A stretch of 64,000 nucleotides of DNA. Source: Heterodontus francisci (taxonomy: Eukaryota). Position 1 is the stretch's first letter. The number at the start of each line of letters is the position of its first letter. Made by a program: the position numbers and the translations under genes. The stretch is from positions 85,408,413 to 85,472,412 of the forward strand of contig NC_090384.1 in assembly GCF_036365525.1 (NCBI RefSeq), written 5' to 3'. Shown one piece after another: positions 13,136-26,207 of the stretch. The notes under the pieces are model-generated. The model saw only the letters and a list, made by a program, of their open reading frames with translations, was not told the DNA's origin and did no database searches.

Positions 13136-14429
13136 GTCCCATTATTCACTACTCAATTTTAATGTGCAGGATGACACATCATGTGACTCCTATGTTGGTT
13201 GAGACATGGAGCTGCCGAGGCTACTGACTGGGTAAACTGAATTCCAAAACCTACTTTGCAATTGGAGTTGCACATGGTCATTGGGCAATATCTTCAGCAT
13301 AAGCAAATCTATCAACAACAATATTAAATTAAGGAATAGGGCTTCTGAAATAAATAGTTGTCATGTTATCAAACACGTATTCCAAGAAGACTGATGGTAC
13401 TTCAGATTTTAAATCCAAAATTATACTAAAGCCTACAGTGCTTTTAAGAGGAATTTTCTGCAATCTGTAACCCCATCTACACCTTCATAAATTGATTTAG
13501 AAATTGATTTATGAATAGTTCATCAACTTTGATACTTTATCATTCAATATCTACATGTGCCTAATTCATAAGAAAAAACACAATCTAAGATTTTAAGCAA
13601 TCCTAAGCATTCCTAACATTAGACAATATAAAACTCAATGGAAATAAATGGTGGCAATACAGTTTTTACTCTAAATGTTGTAAGTTATGGATAGAATGAG
13701 TTCAGTAAATTGCACATGAGGTCTTAATGATATAATCCCATTTTTAAATCAATATACAATGTCTTGATTTTCAATTTTGGTTAATGAAAACATATTGCTC
13801 TTGCTGTTAGCTGGTTGCTGACAATGCTTCAAATTCATAAGTGAAAAATGCAACATTACCTCTCAACAGAAGAATGAATCTCCTGCAACAGCTACTGTCA
13901 GCACAAAGCTGAGCATCTTGCAATAGATATGTGCACAACACAGCAATATGATCTGAGGTCAAGCATTCTAGGTAATGTCATCTTAGTTCAATCAATTGCT
14001 CAATAGGGATTTGATTTTTATTTTGTTTTGAAGGATATTACACCCATTATGCCAATATTTTTGTAACATACAAGTTGTGGAATTGTACCATAATGTAATC
14101 TTGGCTCAAGTGTAAAAATGTACAGACTTTGATATGAGTCAGTCAAAAATATGAAGAGTGACAAAATAAATTGTAAGTTTATTTATATTTGCCTCTACAT
14201 ACCATGTATCAGAGGTGGAAATCATTGTTAAGCCAAGTTTTATAACCCTTTCAAGCCCTTTTACAACTGCAGTATTTACATATCAAGATACAGTATACTG
14301 AATATCATCCCGAGCTAACCAAATGTTTAAAATAATATATTATTCCTTACATATATCTTTAGTTGCTGCATTTCACAAATCCCTTATTCAAATATTTATA
14401 TTTTAGCTTGAGAAGTCAGCAGCAGAAGA

Positions 14430-15890
14430 GATCTCTCTCTTCAGGTGTTTGTCCCACTCTCCCTTAAATCTACCGTCATCAGCCCTCTCCTCAAAAAAAC
14501 AATCCTTGATCTCACTGTCCTTGCAAACTACCATCCAACCTTCAACCTCCCTTTCCTTTCCAAAGTCCTGAACACGTCGCCTCCCAAATCCTTTCGCATC
14601 TTTTCCGGAACACCATGCTTGAATCTTTCCAAACAGTTTTCTGCCCCCTCCACAATACTGAAACTGCTCTTATCAAAGTAACAAACAACATCCTATATGA
14701 CTTGTGACAAAGGTAAACATTCCCTCCTTGTCCTTCTCATCCTGCCCTCTTTGAGACAATTGCATACACCATCCTCCTTCAACACCTCTCCACCGTCCAC
14801 CGTCATCCACCTGGCTCCATTCTTATCTATCGAATCATAGCCAGAGTATCACTTGCAATGGCTTATCTTTCTGCTCCCGCACCCTTACCTCTGGTGTCCC
14901 TCAAGACTCTATTCTTGCCCCTTCCTATCTCTCAGCTACATGCTGCCACTCAGCAACATCATCCAAAAGAACAGTGACAGTTTTACATGTACACTGACGA
15001 CAACCAGCTCTACCTCGCCACCACTTCTCTTGACTCCTTCACTGTTGCTAATTTATCAGACCTCTTGACTGACATCCAGTATCATTGGGAAGACTGAAGC
15101 TATTGTCTTTGGTTCCTGCTCCAAACTGCTTTCCCTAGCTACCCAATTCTATCCTTTGCCCTGATAACAGTCTGAGACCAAAACAGTCTGTTCGCAACCT
15201 TGGTGTCACATTTGACCCTGAGATGAGCATCTGACCACATATTCGCACCATCACAATGACCACCTATTTCCACCTCCATACCATCACCCAACTTCACCCT
15301 TGTCTTAGCTCATCCATTGCTGAAACCTTCAATTATGCCTTTGTTATCTCTCGACTTGACTATTCCAATGCTTTCCTGGCTGGTCTCCCACATACTACCC
15401 TATGTAAACTTGAGGTTATCCAAAACTCCTCTGCCCGTGTCTTAACTCGCACCAAGTCCTGGTCACCTATCACACCTGTGCTCACTGAATTACATTGGCT
15501 CCTGGTCAAGCAACATCTTAATTTCAAATCCTTCCATGGCCTCGTCCCTCCTATATCTGGAATCGCCTCCAGACCTACCACCCTCAGAGATATCTGCGCT
15601 CATCTAATTCTGGCTGCTTGAGCATCTCCAATTTTAATCGCTCCACTATTGGTGGCCATCATCAGTTGCCCAGGCCCTGGGCTCTGGAATACCCTCCCTA
15701 CACCTCTCCACCTCTCTAACTCATTTTCCTCCTTTAAGACACCTCTTAAAACCTACTTCTTTAGCCAAGCTTTTGGTCATCTGACCAAAGGTTCAGTGTC
15801 ATATTTTGTTTTATAATGCTCTTGTGAAGTGCCTTGGGATGTTTTATTACATTAAAAGCACTATATAAATGTAAGTTGTTGTTGGTGGTG
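14430..15890 (+). mobile_element. L2 LINE fragment (RT to 3' end), decayed
   Basis: PLLKKTILD...NYHP...LPFLSKVL, AFVISRLDYSNAFL, ITPVLTELHWL; ends tatataaatgtaagttgttgttg. Confidence 0.9.
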
Positions 15891-16769
15891 GCGTTGGTTA
15901 GCCTAGAAATTTCAGCTGTGCCATTATACATCAGAAATGCGGCAGGTCAGAACTTCCGCCTGCTGCTCTGCCCCACCATAATCATGTTCCAAATCTTAAA
16001 GATGGTGTCCCTTAACTATTAGGGGCAACCGTCTGGGTGCTTTGGCAGCCACCCAGCAGATGCAGTGGAATTTCAGAGCGGAACCTTGCTACTGCAAAGT
16101 GTTTGAGGAAAGCCATAGGCCAGTTTACTAGGTTGAAGATGGGAACTCATTAGAGGCACTCAGATTGTACTCCATTAATGATACACGCCCTAATCAAATT
16201 GATTATGGTTTGCTTTCTGTATGGCAGAGCCCATATACAGCCCTATAGGACATAAAAGCTTGCTTCCTGCAGGGTCAAATATCATTGGCCATAAAAGGGG
16301 CATATCTGGTCTGGTATTTGGGAAAAGTTATAAAGAATTTATTAAAATTGTTATAGTTGCATAACTCAAAGCAAATAATTGCATGCGTCACACACATGCC
16401 AAGAGTGTTGGCAATTCATGAAGTTTTTCACCTATTGAATAATTGATCATCTAAGTGGGATGTAAATTATATATTGAAAAATGCAACCTCATAATCTATA
16501 AATAATGGAAGTCCTAAGGTTATTTATCTTAGTAGGGTAATGAATGGAATTCTGTCTGTCCCTCACAGATGACTGCACACTATTCAATTAATGCTGTGAA
16601 CAAGCATAGTGATAATAGTCAATTTGGGAAATTATAATACATTATAATGTTTGCACACAGACATGTAGCAGTGTCCATCTGTGTTTAATAATGCATTCAG
16701 ACATACAGGGGCCAACTCATCTCAGTCTCACAATTTGTGTGCACCTGCTTTCATGGCATCGGGATGACA

Positions 16770-17175
16770 ACTAGGGTTGTACTTCCTGGAATTTAGGTGG
16801 TTAAGGGGAGATTTGATAGAAGTTTTCAATATATTAAGGGGAGTAGAAAGAGAGAAGTGATTTTCCCTGGTTGGGGAATCTAGGACTAGGGGGCCTAATC
16901 TAAAAATGAGAGCCACACATTTCAGGAGTGAAATTAGGAAACACTTTAACACACAAAGGGTGATAGAAGTTTGGAACTCTCTTTCGCAAATGGCAATTGG
17001 TGCTCAATCAATTGTTAATGTTAAATCTGTGATTGATAGGTTTTTGTTAACCAAAGGTATGAAGGAATATGGGGAAAAGATGGGTCTATGGAGTTAGTTT
17101 GCAGATCAGCCATGATCTCATTAAATGGCAGAACTGGCTCGAGTCGCTAAATAGTCTACTCCCGTTCCTGTGTTT
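16770..17175 (+). mobile_element. CR1 LINE 3' fragment
   Basis: RKHFNTQRVIEVWNSL and CR1 3'UTR. Confidence 0.85.
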
Positions 17176-18349
17176 CCAATGGATTACAGTGAGGAAAAAG
17201 GGGCAGATATTCATTATGTTGGGTTACTGCATCACCAGCACTCAAAATGGATGAACAGCAACATCACATTCAGAGCGACGCAGTTAGAACCAGAAAAGGC
17301 ACAAAAATCCATTTTAACGACTTTGGAGTACTGTTCTGAGGACTCCTGTGTCTTTTCCAGATGCTGTGACATCAACAGCCAAACTAACAAGGGGTCCAAG
17401 ATTGCCAAGTAATGATCAGTGCCGGCAAGAACATGAAAAGGACCACAAGAGAAGTATCCTTTTAGTATCCCGAGGTCAATCCCGAGGTTTATCGTGCCTT
17501 TGCTTTTTCTTCCATTTATGACATATAAGTTCGCAGAAGCCTTTATACTAAATTATTATTATTTTTTTCTCCCATGTTGTGGATATAATGGGTTTACCAA
17601 TGATAGTCCCTCAATATGAGGAGCTGGGGAGAAGTGGAGGATCCGCAATGGTACATAGGTCAGGATAGACTAGAGACACTCAGCCCCCACCCTCCCTGGT
17701 TGGTACTTGCACACATGCCTCTGCTTGGTGGGCACCAGAGCTTGATTTAGCAAATGATTAGTTTAAAAGGAGGCTCCAGTTCTTAATTTATGCTCACAGC
17801 ATGCCTGATGACACAGATATGTGTGAAGAGCTGACAAATTGTTGCACTGTATCATAGTTCAGAAGCTCAGTATATCATGCTTTATTTACTAGAGTATGAA
17901 CAAAGCTATGCCAGGATGATCAGCCACAGACCATACCTGCAGGCATCGGTGATGTCACCACCAACAGCTGGGGTGAAGTGTTTTCAGACACTGTGCCAGT
18001 ATCTGTGCCAGGACAGGGATGCCATCTGCCATGTGGACACCTGCTGCTAACATGCACAGCAAGTAACAAAACCAGTCAGCTGCAGCTTGTAGTATACATG
18101 TCTGGTCATTCTTAAATCCCTACCCATTCAGCCTTGGCAAAGGCTGCTATGAGTTGAGATGAATTTTGAACCTTTCTAAAGATTTTCAGAGTATCATGTT
18201 CTTCCATTCTGACACTTCCCTTAAATTCTCCCCTTACCCTTTAAATTTCATTGATGAACAATTTTAAGTTCGGGTTAATAATAGTTGAGGTAAGAATAAG
18301 GGAGCCATATACTGCTCAGATAATCAATAAATGGGGTAGAGGAGCAAAG

Positions 18350-18755
18350 GAATCTAAGGGTACAGATACACAAACCACTAGAAGTAGCAATGCAGGTTAA
18401 TAAAGCCATAAAAAAGCAAGTAAAGCAGTGGAGTTCATTTCTAGAGGAATGAAATTGAAATGCAGAGAAGTTATGTTAAATTTGTATAGAACCTTGGTTA
18501 GACCACATATAGAGCACTGTGCACAGTTCTGCTTTCCATATTGTAAAAAGGATATAGAAGCCCTGGATAAGATGCAAAAATGATTTGTAAGGATGATACC
18601 AGATCTAAGAGGCAATAATTATTAGGATAGGCTAAACAGGATGGATCTGTTTTCCACAGAAAAGAGAAGGCTAAGGGCTGACCTAATAGAGGTCTTTAAA
18701 TTTTGAAGGGTTTTCATAGGATGGATGTAGAGAAGATGGTTCCACTTGTGTGGAG
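18350..18755 (+). mobile_element. CR1 LINE fragment
   Basis: Decayed LYRTLVRPHIEHCAQF and RRLRADLIEVFK. Confidence 0.8.
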
Positions 18756-19735
18756 CATAAACATCGGCAAAATCCGTTGGGACGAATGTTCGGTTTTTGT
18801 GTTGTAAATTCTGTGCAATTCTATGTAACAGTCTGCACCTGGATCTGTGAATAAAGGTGCAGGATTTTGGGTATTGTTTTCACATTATTATTAGTGTCTA
18901 ATAAGTTTTGTTGATGGATGTTAAATACCTAGTAGTTGACGGTAATAGGGTGAACAGGTGTTAGGTATTGATTAGTTAATTGTACTCAGATGTATATACA
19001 AAGAGACAGCCAGCACTGGCTAGAGATTGTTAGCAGTGGAGTAGTGAGTTCTGTGGTAAGCAATGAACAGTCTCCACAAAAGCATCCTAGTCTCAGTGTC
19101 TTCTTCACAAACAGGCTTGGAAGTTTCTCTAACATTTACCACTCCATCAGATGTAACAGGGTTATCCAACCTTTTCACGGGGGGGGGCACATTACAATTT
19201 TTGTCTTACATAGGGGGCTGGTGAGACAGTTTTGCAAAGTTAACGGCATAAATAATTTATCTTGCTTTTCAGCAAAACAACAACAAATGTGCATTTTTGT
19301 GATAAAACTGTAATTGAGAAGATTAATTTATTGACTTAATTTCCCATCACTATGTTAGACGCTGATTTAGTGAGCTACCTGGCATTGTTTTGCTGGTATA
19401 AGTAGTCAATGGCTGGAATTTTACGTGACCCAGCAGGACTGCAGTCTGGGAAGCGGAAATGGGTGCCGAAGGCGCTCCAGCTCGATGCTCAACTGCTGCC
19501 GCGATGGAGTGCTAGCTAACCAATTAGCACCATTTAAAAGGGCTGTCAAAACCTTTAGTGGCTTTGAGAATGCCGCATGCTTCTCAGGGGACGGTGGGAG
19601 GAGCAGGAGCTACATTGCTGACACATATAGCAGGCTAAGGGGAACAGGAGCTGTCCTCTGACTGAAAGGGGTGACCCACCAGACCTTGTCAGAAACCAAC
19701 CTGAGACCTTGGAGGATCAGAACCCACTTGCAGCA

Positions 19736-21512
19736 ATGGCAGAGAGAACCAACTGGGTGACCCCATGGTTTGCAATGACTCCCTACATGTCCTCCACCAG
19801 GCAGCTGAGGCAAGGCGGGAGGTCCTCTTCCCACCAGTCAAAAGGAGAAAGCCTCCCCAGATCACCAGGAAGGCCTGGATGGAGGTTGTGGAGGAGATCA
19901 GCAGCCGCGGGGTTGTGAGGAGGACATGGATGCAGTGCCGCAAGCGGTTCAATGACCTTCTCCACTCTGCCAGGGTGAGTGCCATGTCTCAGTCCTCATT
20001 GCTTTGTACTCATAAGGGTGGGTATCCCGGTGTTGATGCTGCAAAGTGGAAGCCATCCATCTGGAGTGAACGGCTGCAGCCCTGTCATGGGGCATATGCC
20101 AGCACACCTGACCTGCACAAGGGACCAGGAGTGTGCCAACCTTACACTTGAATGGCAATGGTCCCAGGGGCAGAATGTAGCAAGTTGGATGAGCAGGCGA
20201 TGTAACTGAAATGATTATCATGTGTCTCCACAGGATAAGAGGACCCAGAATGCCCATGAGAGGACACGGACCATTGGTGGAGTTCCAATCCTTGCCATTC
20301 TCACTGTTGAGGAGGAGGAAGCATTGCTACTTACTGGTGAGGATGGAGGCTGGTCAGTTGCTGATGGTGAGGCTGGAGCACCTGGCCAGGAGGGTAAGTT
20401 CCCCAATTCCCCAATTGTTCAAACAGTGAAGGTGGTTTGCACATCCAAAACTCACAAACATGTGGCCACGGTGCCATCTAAGACATGTCCTTCAGTCCAG
20501 AGTGTCGCTCAGACATGATCATTCTGTTTTCCACTGCAGGTGAATCACAGCTCCTGCCAGGTTATGTACCCAGGGGACATCCGACCACCTTTGAGGAGGA
20601 GCAGGGGACCTCAGAGGCTGCAGCTATACATCCTTTCCCCACACCAAGCATCAGCTCCGATACAAGTCACCTTGGTTGGGCTCATAGCGCGTTCAGATTC
20701 GTGGTCACAACCTGGTACTAGCAACGCACAAGTACCGGACCAGCTGCCAGAGGCAGTTTTGACCGATGCCTCTGACACTCTGAGGACTGAGGCAGACCAG
20801 GCCAGGGCGGAGCCCCATGTTATTGAGCCTCTGAGCTCATCCATTCAGTGGCAGATGTTGCAGGTGCAGCATGAGGTGCGTGGAGATCTGGCAGAGTCAC
20901 CAGAGACTATGCATGCTCTGGCTCGGACGATGGAGGCATCCTTCCAGGCCATGAGTTCTGCACAGTTCTGGTCATCTGAGTGACTGGCTTCCTCAGTTGA
21001 CAGATTGGTGACTGCAGTGGAGAGCCAGTTCCAGCAGGCCACCCAGTGCCTGCCGGAGATGTGCACAGACTTGTAGACCATTGCAGTGTCAGTGAGCTCC
21101 ATGTATCATGACAATGCGAGAGAGGGACGAGGCACCTAGGGTTTCCTCCAGGTGGTCAACCCTCTCAGTCAGCAGGGAGGCCCAAATGAATCTTGTGATG
21201 GCACAGGAGCAACAGCAATCTGCATTGTGGGGCTTTTCTCAGGGCGATTCTGATGCGAACAGCGGCTCCTTGTCCTCTCTGCCAGTGACAATAGCACTTC
21301 AGAATGCCAGGATGACAGAGGGTGGTCCTGAGACTGTTCAGGGTCACTTCAACATGCCAAGGCCCTCACGGCCTCGGGCAGCCAGAGAACGCTCACCAAG
21401 GTCATCCCAAGACATAGGGCAGCCTGATCAGCTACCAGTCTCTGCCGTAGCTGGTGGCGAAGGGGCATTGACACTTGTGAACACTCGGAAACGATTTAAA
21501 AAATCACAGTAA
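19736..21512 (+). pseudogene. Harbinger Myb/SANT-like DNA-binding gene (exons 19736-19974, 20234-20393, 20540-~21512), frameshifted
   Basis: RREVLFP...RKAWMEVVEEISSRGVVRRTWMQCRKRFNDL trihelix motif; AGG|gtgagt, cacag|GAT, GAGG|gtaagt, ctgcag|GTG splice sites; frameshift near 19770 and stops in exon 3. Confidence 0.85.
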
Positions 21513-21829
21513 CTGCACTTAGGTTTCACTGGTGTAATTTTGATTCATGTTAATTTTTGTGCAATTTTCCACAAACTTTATTAAAGTGCACCTTTGGCTT
21601 ATTTATGTCTCAAGTAACTGATGATGTATGAGGCGAACCTTTTCTTCTGCATGAGATGGAGATTTGGGGAGGTTCACCAGTGGGTCATGGTGTGTTAGAG
21701 GGAAAGGTGGACCATAGCAGCTGAGATTAGTGCCTGCAGGTGAGTGCTTTTGGGGTTCCAACAGATGTGAATGTCTGAATTCAGATTGACATGTCAGTTG
21801 CTGGCAGAGTGCATGGCTCATTAACCTCA

Positions 21830-23100
21830 GGTCAGGAGAAACGCCTAAGTATTAGAGCCTCCCTTGCATGCAAACCTCCAACTGCTTCTCCTGGATGTTC
21901 AGGTGGCTGCGCCCCCTCCTCCTCCTCCTCAAACCCTTCACCCTCCTCGTCTGAGGACACCTTGTGCTGAACAATTTCCTCAGCACCAGGGCCTCCCCAA
22001 TCTGCAGTGCCAGGTTATGTAAGGCGCAGTAGACAACCACAATAAGAGATACCCTTGCTGGCGAATACTGAAGAGCACCACCTGAGCAATCCAGGCACTT
22101 AAATCTCATCTTCAGAAGAACTATGGTCTTCTCAATGGTGACTCTGGTGGTCACATGGCTCACATTGTACTGTTCCTCTGCTTCATTCTGTAGGTTCCTC
22201 ACAGGTGTCATCAGCCATCTCTTCAGCAGGTAACCGCTGTTGCCAAGTATCCATCCTTGCAGGCACTCAGGGGGGCTGAAAAGTGCTGGCACCTGGGAGT
22301 TCCAGAGAATGAATGTGGCATGACTGCTTCCTGGATTACGAGCACACACCTGCAATATACTCTTACGGTGGTCACAGACTAGTTGCACATTCATCGAGTG
22401 AAATCCCTTTCAATTAATGAAGGCTCCTGGCTGACCTGCAGGAGCTCTAATGGCCAAATGTGGACAGTCAATCATGCCTTGGACCATGGGGAACCCAGCG
22501 ATGGCGCTGAAGCCGCTGGCTCTCTCGGCCTGACTATCATAGTCAGTCTTGAACTTGATGTACTGGTTGGCCCACCTGAACATGGCATCAGTTACCACCC
22601 TTATGCAGTGCTGTGCAGATGATTGTGAGATTCCACACATGTCTCCTGTGGAAGCCTGGAATGAGCCTGATGCATAGAAGTTCTGAGTGACTATGACCTT
22701 TCCAGCCATTGGCATTGGATGGCCACCCACACAGCGGTCCTCCGCTACCATCATCTCACACAGAGATGTCACAGTCTCTTGGGACAGGTGCAGTCTTCTA
22801 AGGCACTGACGCTCTGACATCTGCAGGAAGCTCAACCGCTGCCGTTACACCCCGCCTACTGGGTAAACACATCTCAGCACAGGTCTTTGCTGCTGGTGAA
22901 CTCTCTGGCCTTCTGCCCCTCCCCCATAACAGGGCTGCAGTTGGCCAGCAGGTCGCTGATTTCCTTGGCCACTTGGCCCCTGTCTCCTTGTGCCGTTCTC
23001 CTCCTCGCTAGAGGACTCTCCTCCAGAGTGGACAATGCCCACGGTTGCAGCGTCCCGAAGATGTGTTGGGGACAGGTTGTGTGCTGCCTGCTGCAAGGAC
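21830..23100 (-). pseudogene. Harbinger (HARBI1-like, DDE_Tnp_4) transposase, inactivated
   Basis: FYASGSFQ, GFPMVQGMIDCPH, NVQLVCD, WILGNSGY (second catalytic D replaced by N), RVTIEKTIVLLKMRFKCL, CALHN; split by a stop codon and frameshifts. Confidence 0.92.
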
Positions 23101-23676
23101 AGCCACTTGCAACCCCCCTCTCCTACCTGGGATAAATCACTTATGCTGTGGCCCTACCAGGGGTATTACTCACTCAGGTAAGCCCTTGGGAGCCAACAAT
23201 ATCAGCCCCTATCTTGGAATTTACTGATAAATACAACACACAAAACAGAAGATTCAAGTACCTCCAACTCCTTCAATGAGACAGCTGCTCATTTAAAGCT
23301 GTCGGGTCTGCAACCGCACCCCCCCCCCGCCCCTACCGTGTTACCCATGCGCAGAACATAAAATGGAATGGGCAACGTAAAATGGCTGTCAATTGGCTTT
23401 TTAATCACTTCAGTTAGCTGTCAACCGCCTTAAATCGGACAGCGAGCAGAATCCCCATCTCGCCTGACGTCTGACGAGCGTTAAATGGCAATTTGACGTC
23501 ATGACATCGGGGACCCATCCTGTTGTCATCGCCCACCATTTTTCGCTGCAGCCACCTCCGAGGACGCCTCTACTTTGGAAAGTAGAATTCCGGCCAATGT
23601 TTCCCCGCACACTTCTTGTAGCGATGCAGAGTATTCCGGATCGATGTCCATCTGTCAGGAGTGATCTTGATCATTC

Positions 23677-23762
23677 TCTTTCCCTCTCTCTCTCTCTCTC
23701 TCTGTCTCTCACTCTCTCTCTCTGTTCCCCCCTCTCTCTGCCCCTCCTCTCTCTGTCTGCCT
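23677..23762. repeat. CT-rich microsatellite inside the hAT element
   Basis: (ct)n run; equivalent tract at 35932-36107 in the second copy. Confidence 0.9.
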
Positions 23763-24331
23763 CCCCAAACCCTCTGACAGTTGTGGTTGGTCAGTGTGAC
23801 AAGTGCTGATATCAGGAACAGCGGTTTCCCAACTTCGGACAGATTCGGGGTTTTCAAGCCGGCTTTTAAAAAAAAAAGTCAGAACCCGTTGGAAAACCCT
23901 GAATCTGTCCGAAGTTGGGAAACTGCTGTTCCTGATGTCACCACCTGTCAACTGTGAAATTGACAGTGCGATTTAAAAAAAAAACAGTCTGAGAGAAGAA
24001 GACAATGAAAAATTTCTCATCTCTGAAATATATCCGCAGGCTGGATGGAAACATTTGGTGGGCCAGATTCTGGCCCACAGGCCATATGTTGGACAATCCT
24101 GAGATATCAGTTTTTAACACGACTTGCACCAGAGGAGGTACTACTGTTAGGATAAATGCTTGGCTCCACACAGTTTAAATCAGACATATATTATAACATG
24201 TATTAATCCATGCAGGTTTTGTATTTACACTATAGATGTGTGGAATGCTTTCCATAATTGCATAATATGCATAATATGCATGGTACAGAGAAAAAGAAAA
24301 ACACTAACAAATGAGGTTAAAACCAAACATT

Positions 24332-25107
24332 GGGCTGGATTTTAAGAGCCTGCCGCTGATCTTGACGGCGAGCTCAAAAAATGACAGCCCACGCCAAAGA
24401 GGCAGCCCACCCCTCCCAATCTCATGGAGGGAGCAGGCTGTCCATGCCCGGCAATGGTGCCAGCTGCCTGTGCACAGACGCTGGCGCCCTTTTTAAAGGG
24501 CAGCCAGCCATGCGGCCCAATTTAAATTTTTAAAGTCCTACCCCTCAAAATTAAATAAATAAATTTCTAATGCTTATTTCCCAACCCCCCAATAACAATT
24601 ACAATAACTATTTTCCATCCCCCCAAACACACTTACCTTTTACATCTGACCTTCCCCCCCCACCCCACAAACTGCGCAAAGTTTAAGGTTCAACCCTTCC
24701 CACCATCTCCTACACCCATTCCGTATATTTGACACAGTCCCCCCACACCCAGCCCCGATAAACCTACCTCCTCCCCCCTCCCCACCTGTGTGATGCCTCG
24801 TTTGCCCAGACGGGGATCTGAAGGCGTGGGAGTGCCACCCGCCACGCCAAAGACCGTGGCGGGCCCTCAAAATCGCAGGTAAGTTTATTTAAATTTATTA
24901 ATTTTATTGATTTGAATATTTAACTTGTGGTCCCATCGCCCAGCGGCAGGGTGGAAGGGACTACCACGGAGCCTCGCCACTGCTGGGAGGATCAGGCCGG
25001 GCCCTCCAGGCGTCGAGGTCCGTGGCAGGCCTCATCCGGAGCCATCTTCAGGCACCGCCCCCCCCCGCCACAGAATCTGATGCCTGAGGGAGAACAAAAT
25101 CCAGCCC
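24332..25107. mobile_element. Harbinger-type MITE
   Basis: Perfect 12-bp TIR GGGCTGGATTTT / AAAATCCAGCCC; TSD ATT/ATT; internally similar to 37734-38515. Confidence 0.9.
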
Positions 25108-25162
25108 ATTATGCAGAGTTTAATTTCATACAGACTTTGCAGCCTTTGTAAAAAAGGCCTGG

Positions 25163-25300
25163 AGAACATAAAAAAAGGAGTAGGCCATTCAAGCCCTCGA
25201 GCCTATTCAGCCATTCAATTAGATCATGGCTGATCGGGATCTTAGCCTTCTCTTCTTACTTCAGTTCCTCTAACCCTTAATGCCCTTGCCTAACAAAGCC
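25163..25300 (-). mobile_element. CR1 3' end fragment
   Basis: ggagtaggccattc...cagccattcaattagatcatggctgatc resembles the CR1 tail at 51165-51260. Confidence 0.7.
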
Positions 25301-25482
25301 TATGCTTTTGGAAATAAATCTTATTGAAAATAACTCAATGCTACACTTCTTTTTAGCTTCTTTTTACTTTGAACTCAATAGAAAAATATTCTTTTTTTTT
25401 GATATGCAAGTGGAAATTTTCAGCATAATTTCAAAACTTCAGCACAAACTAAAAGTTATGTTATGCAACAGAAATCTGTTAC

Positions 25483-25579
25483 CTTGGCGTATACACAGCT
25501 TTCATTCAAAATCCAGTAAGAACAATTACGCTCACACATTGGGCACATGCGGGTGTCATTGGCTTCACAGATCTCCCTG
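25483..25579 (-). CDS. ANO3: Anoctamin-3 coding exon (Cys-rich extracellular loop 1), 97 nt, phase 2-0
   Basis: ttttccag|CAGGGAG...GCCAAG|gtaaca; (S)[32 protein letters not shown]; anoctamin MCPxC motif. Confidence 0.96.
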
Positions 25580-26207
25580 CTGGAAAATTACGAGAACATA
25601 AATCACAAGCTATCACTTCAATATGTATAATGGAATATGAATCTCAAAATTTCCTCAAGCCTCTATAATTCCATATTTGCTTTTTACCTACATACATTCT
25701 GTCATGCACTTCACAAGAGAATTAACGTTTTATGACAGTAAACATAAGTAAGACATAAAATTATACAGAGCTTATACAGCATTGTTTGTGTTACTGAGGA
25801 AACATCAGGAGTATATCAATACAGCATTAATAGTATAATGGATATCACATTCCAATTCTACATATGCAAGAGAGCATGTACAAAAATATCAACTTAGAAA
25901 GAGGAAACAAAGGGTGCTCAAACTTTCAGGAGTGTGTGAGGAGAATACCTCAGGGGCTAGCCTCAAGTACCAACGATTTGCACAAGGACTAGTCAGCTAA
26001 AACAGCAAGTGTCTCAAGTCTATCATGCCAGACAGCACCAAGGTTGAAAAGGATACATGAAATGAAGTAAATCTGGAAGTAGACATTAGGTGAGAGCAAG
26101 TCTGGATGTAAAATATTGAAGATTCAAGGAGCAAGGAAAAGCTGAAACAGATAAGAATTTCCTTGATTTTAGGTTTCTAGAAAAGAGTAAGTTAGAATAA
26201 GAGTCCT

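Larger units (their letters stand above)
19411..23595. mobile_element. Full-length decayed PIF/Harbinger transposon with two convergent genes
   Basis: TIRs GGCTGGAATTTTAC ... GTAGAATTCCGGCC (12/14); 3-bp TSD AAT/AAT; Myb/SANT gene on + and DDE transposase on -. Confidence 0.93.
19157..24101. mobile_element. Non-autonomous hAT (Charlie-like) element hosting the Harbinger insertion
   Basis: TIRs CAGGGTTATCCAAC ... GTTGGACAATCCTG; 8-bp TSD agatgtaa / agatatca; second copy at 35373-36482. Confidence 0.8.

Noticed and set aside
13860-13882. 23-nt minus-strand micro-exon candidate (ttgcag|GAGATT...GAGAG|gtaatg)
   Set aside because: Frame-shifting length, weak pyrimidine tract and no anoctamin similarity; expected by chance
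19736-23100. Domesticated host HARBI1/NAIF1 genes
   Set aside because: Bounded by TIRs and TSD, with stops, frameshifts and a catalytic substitution
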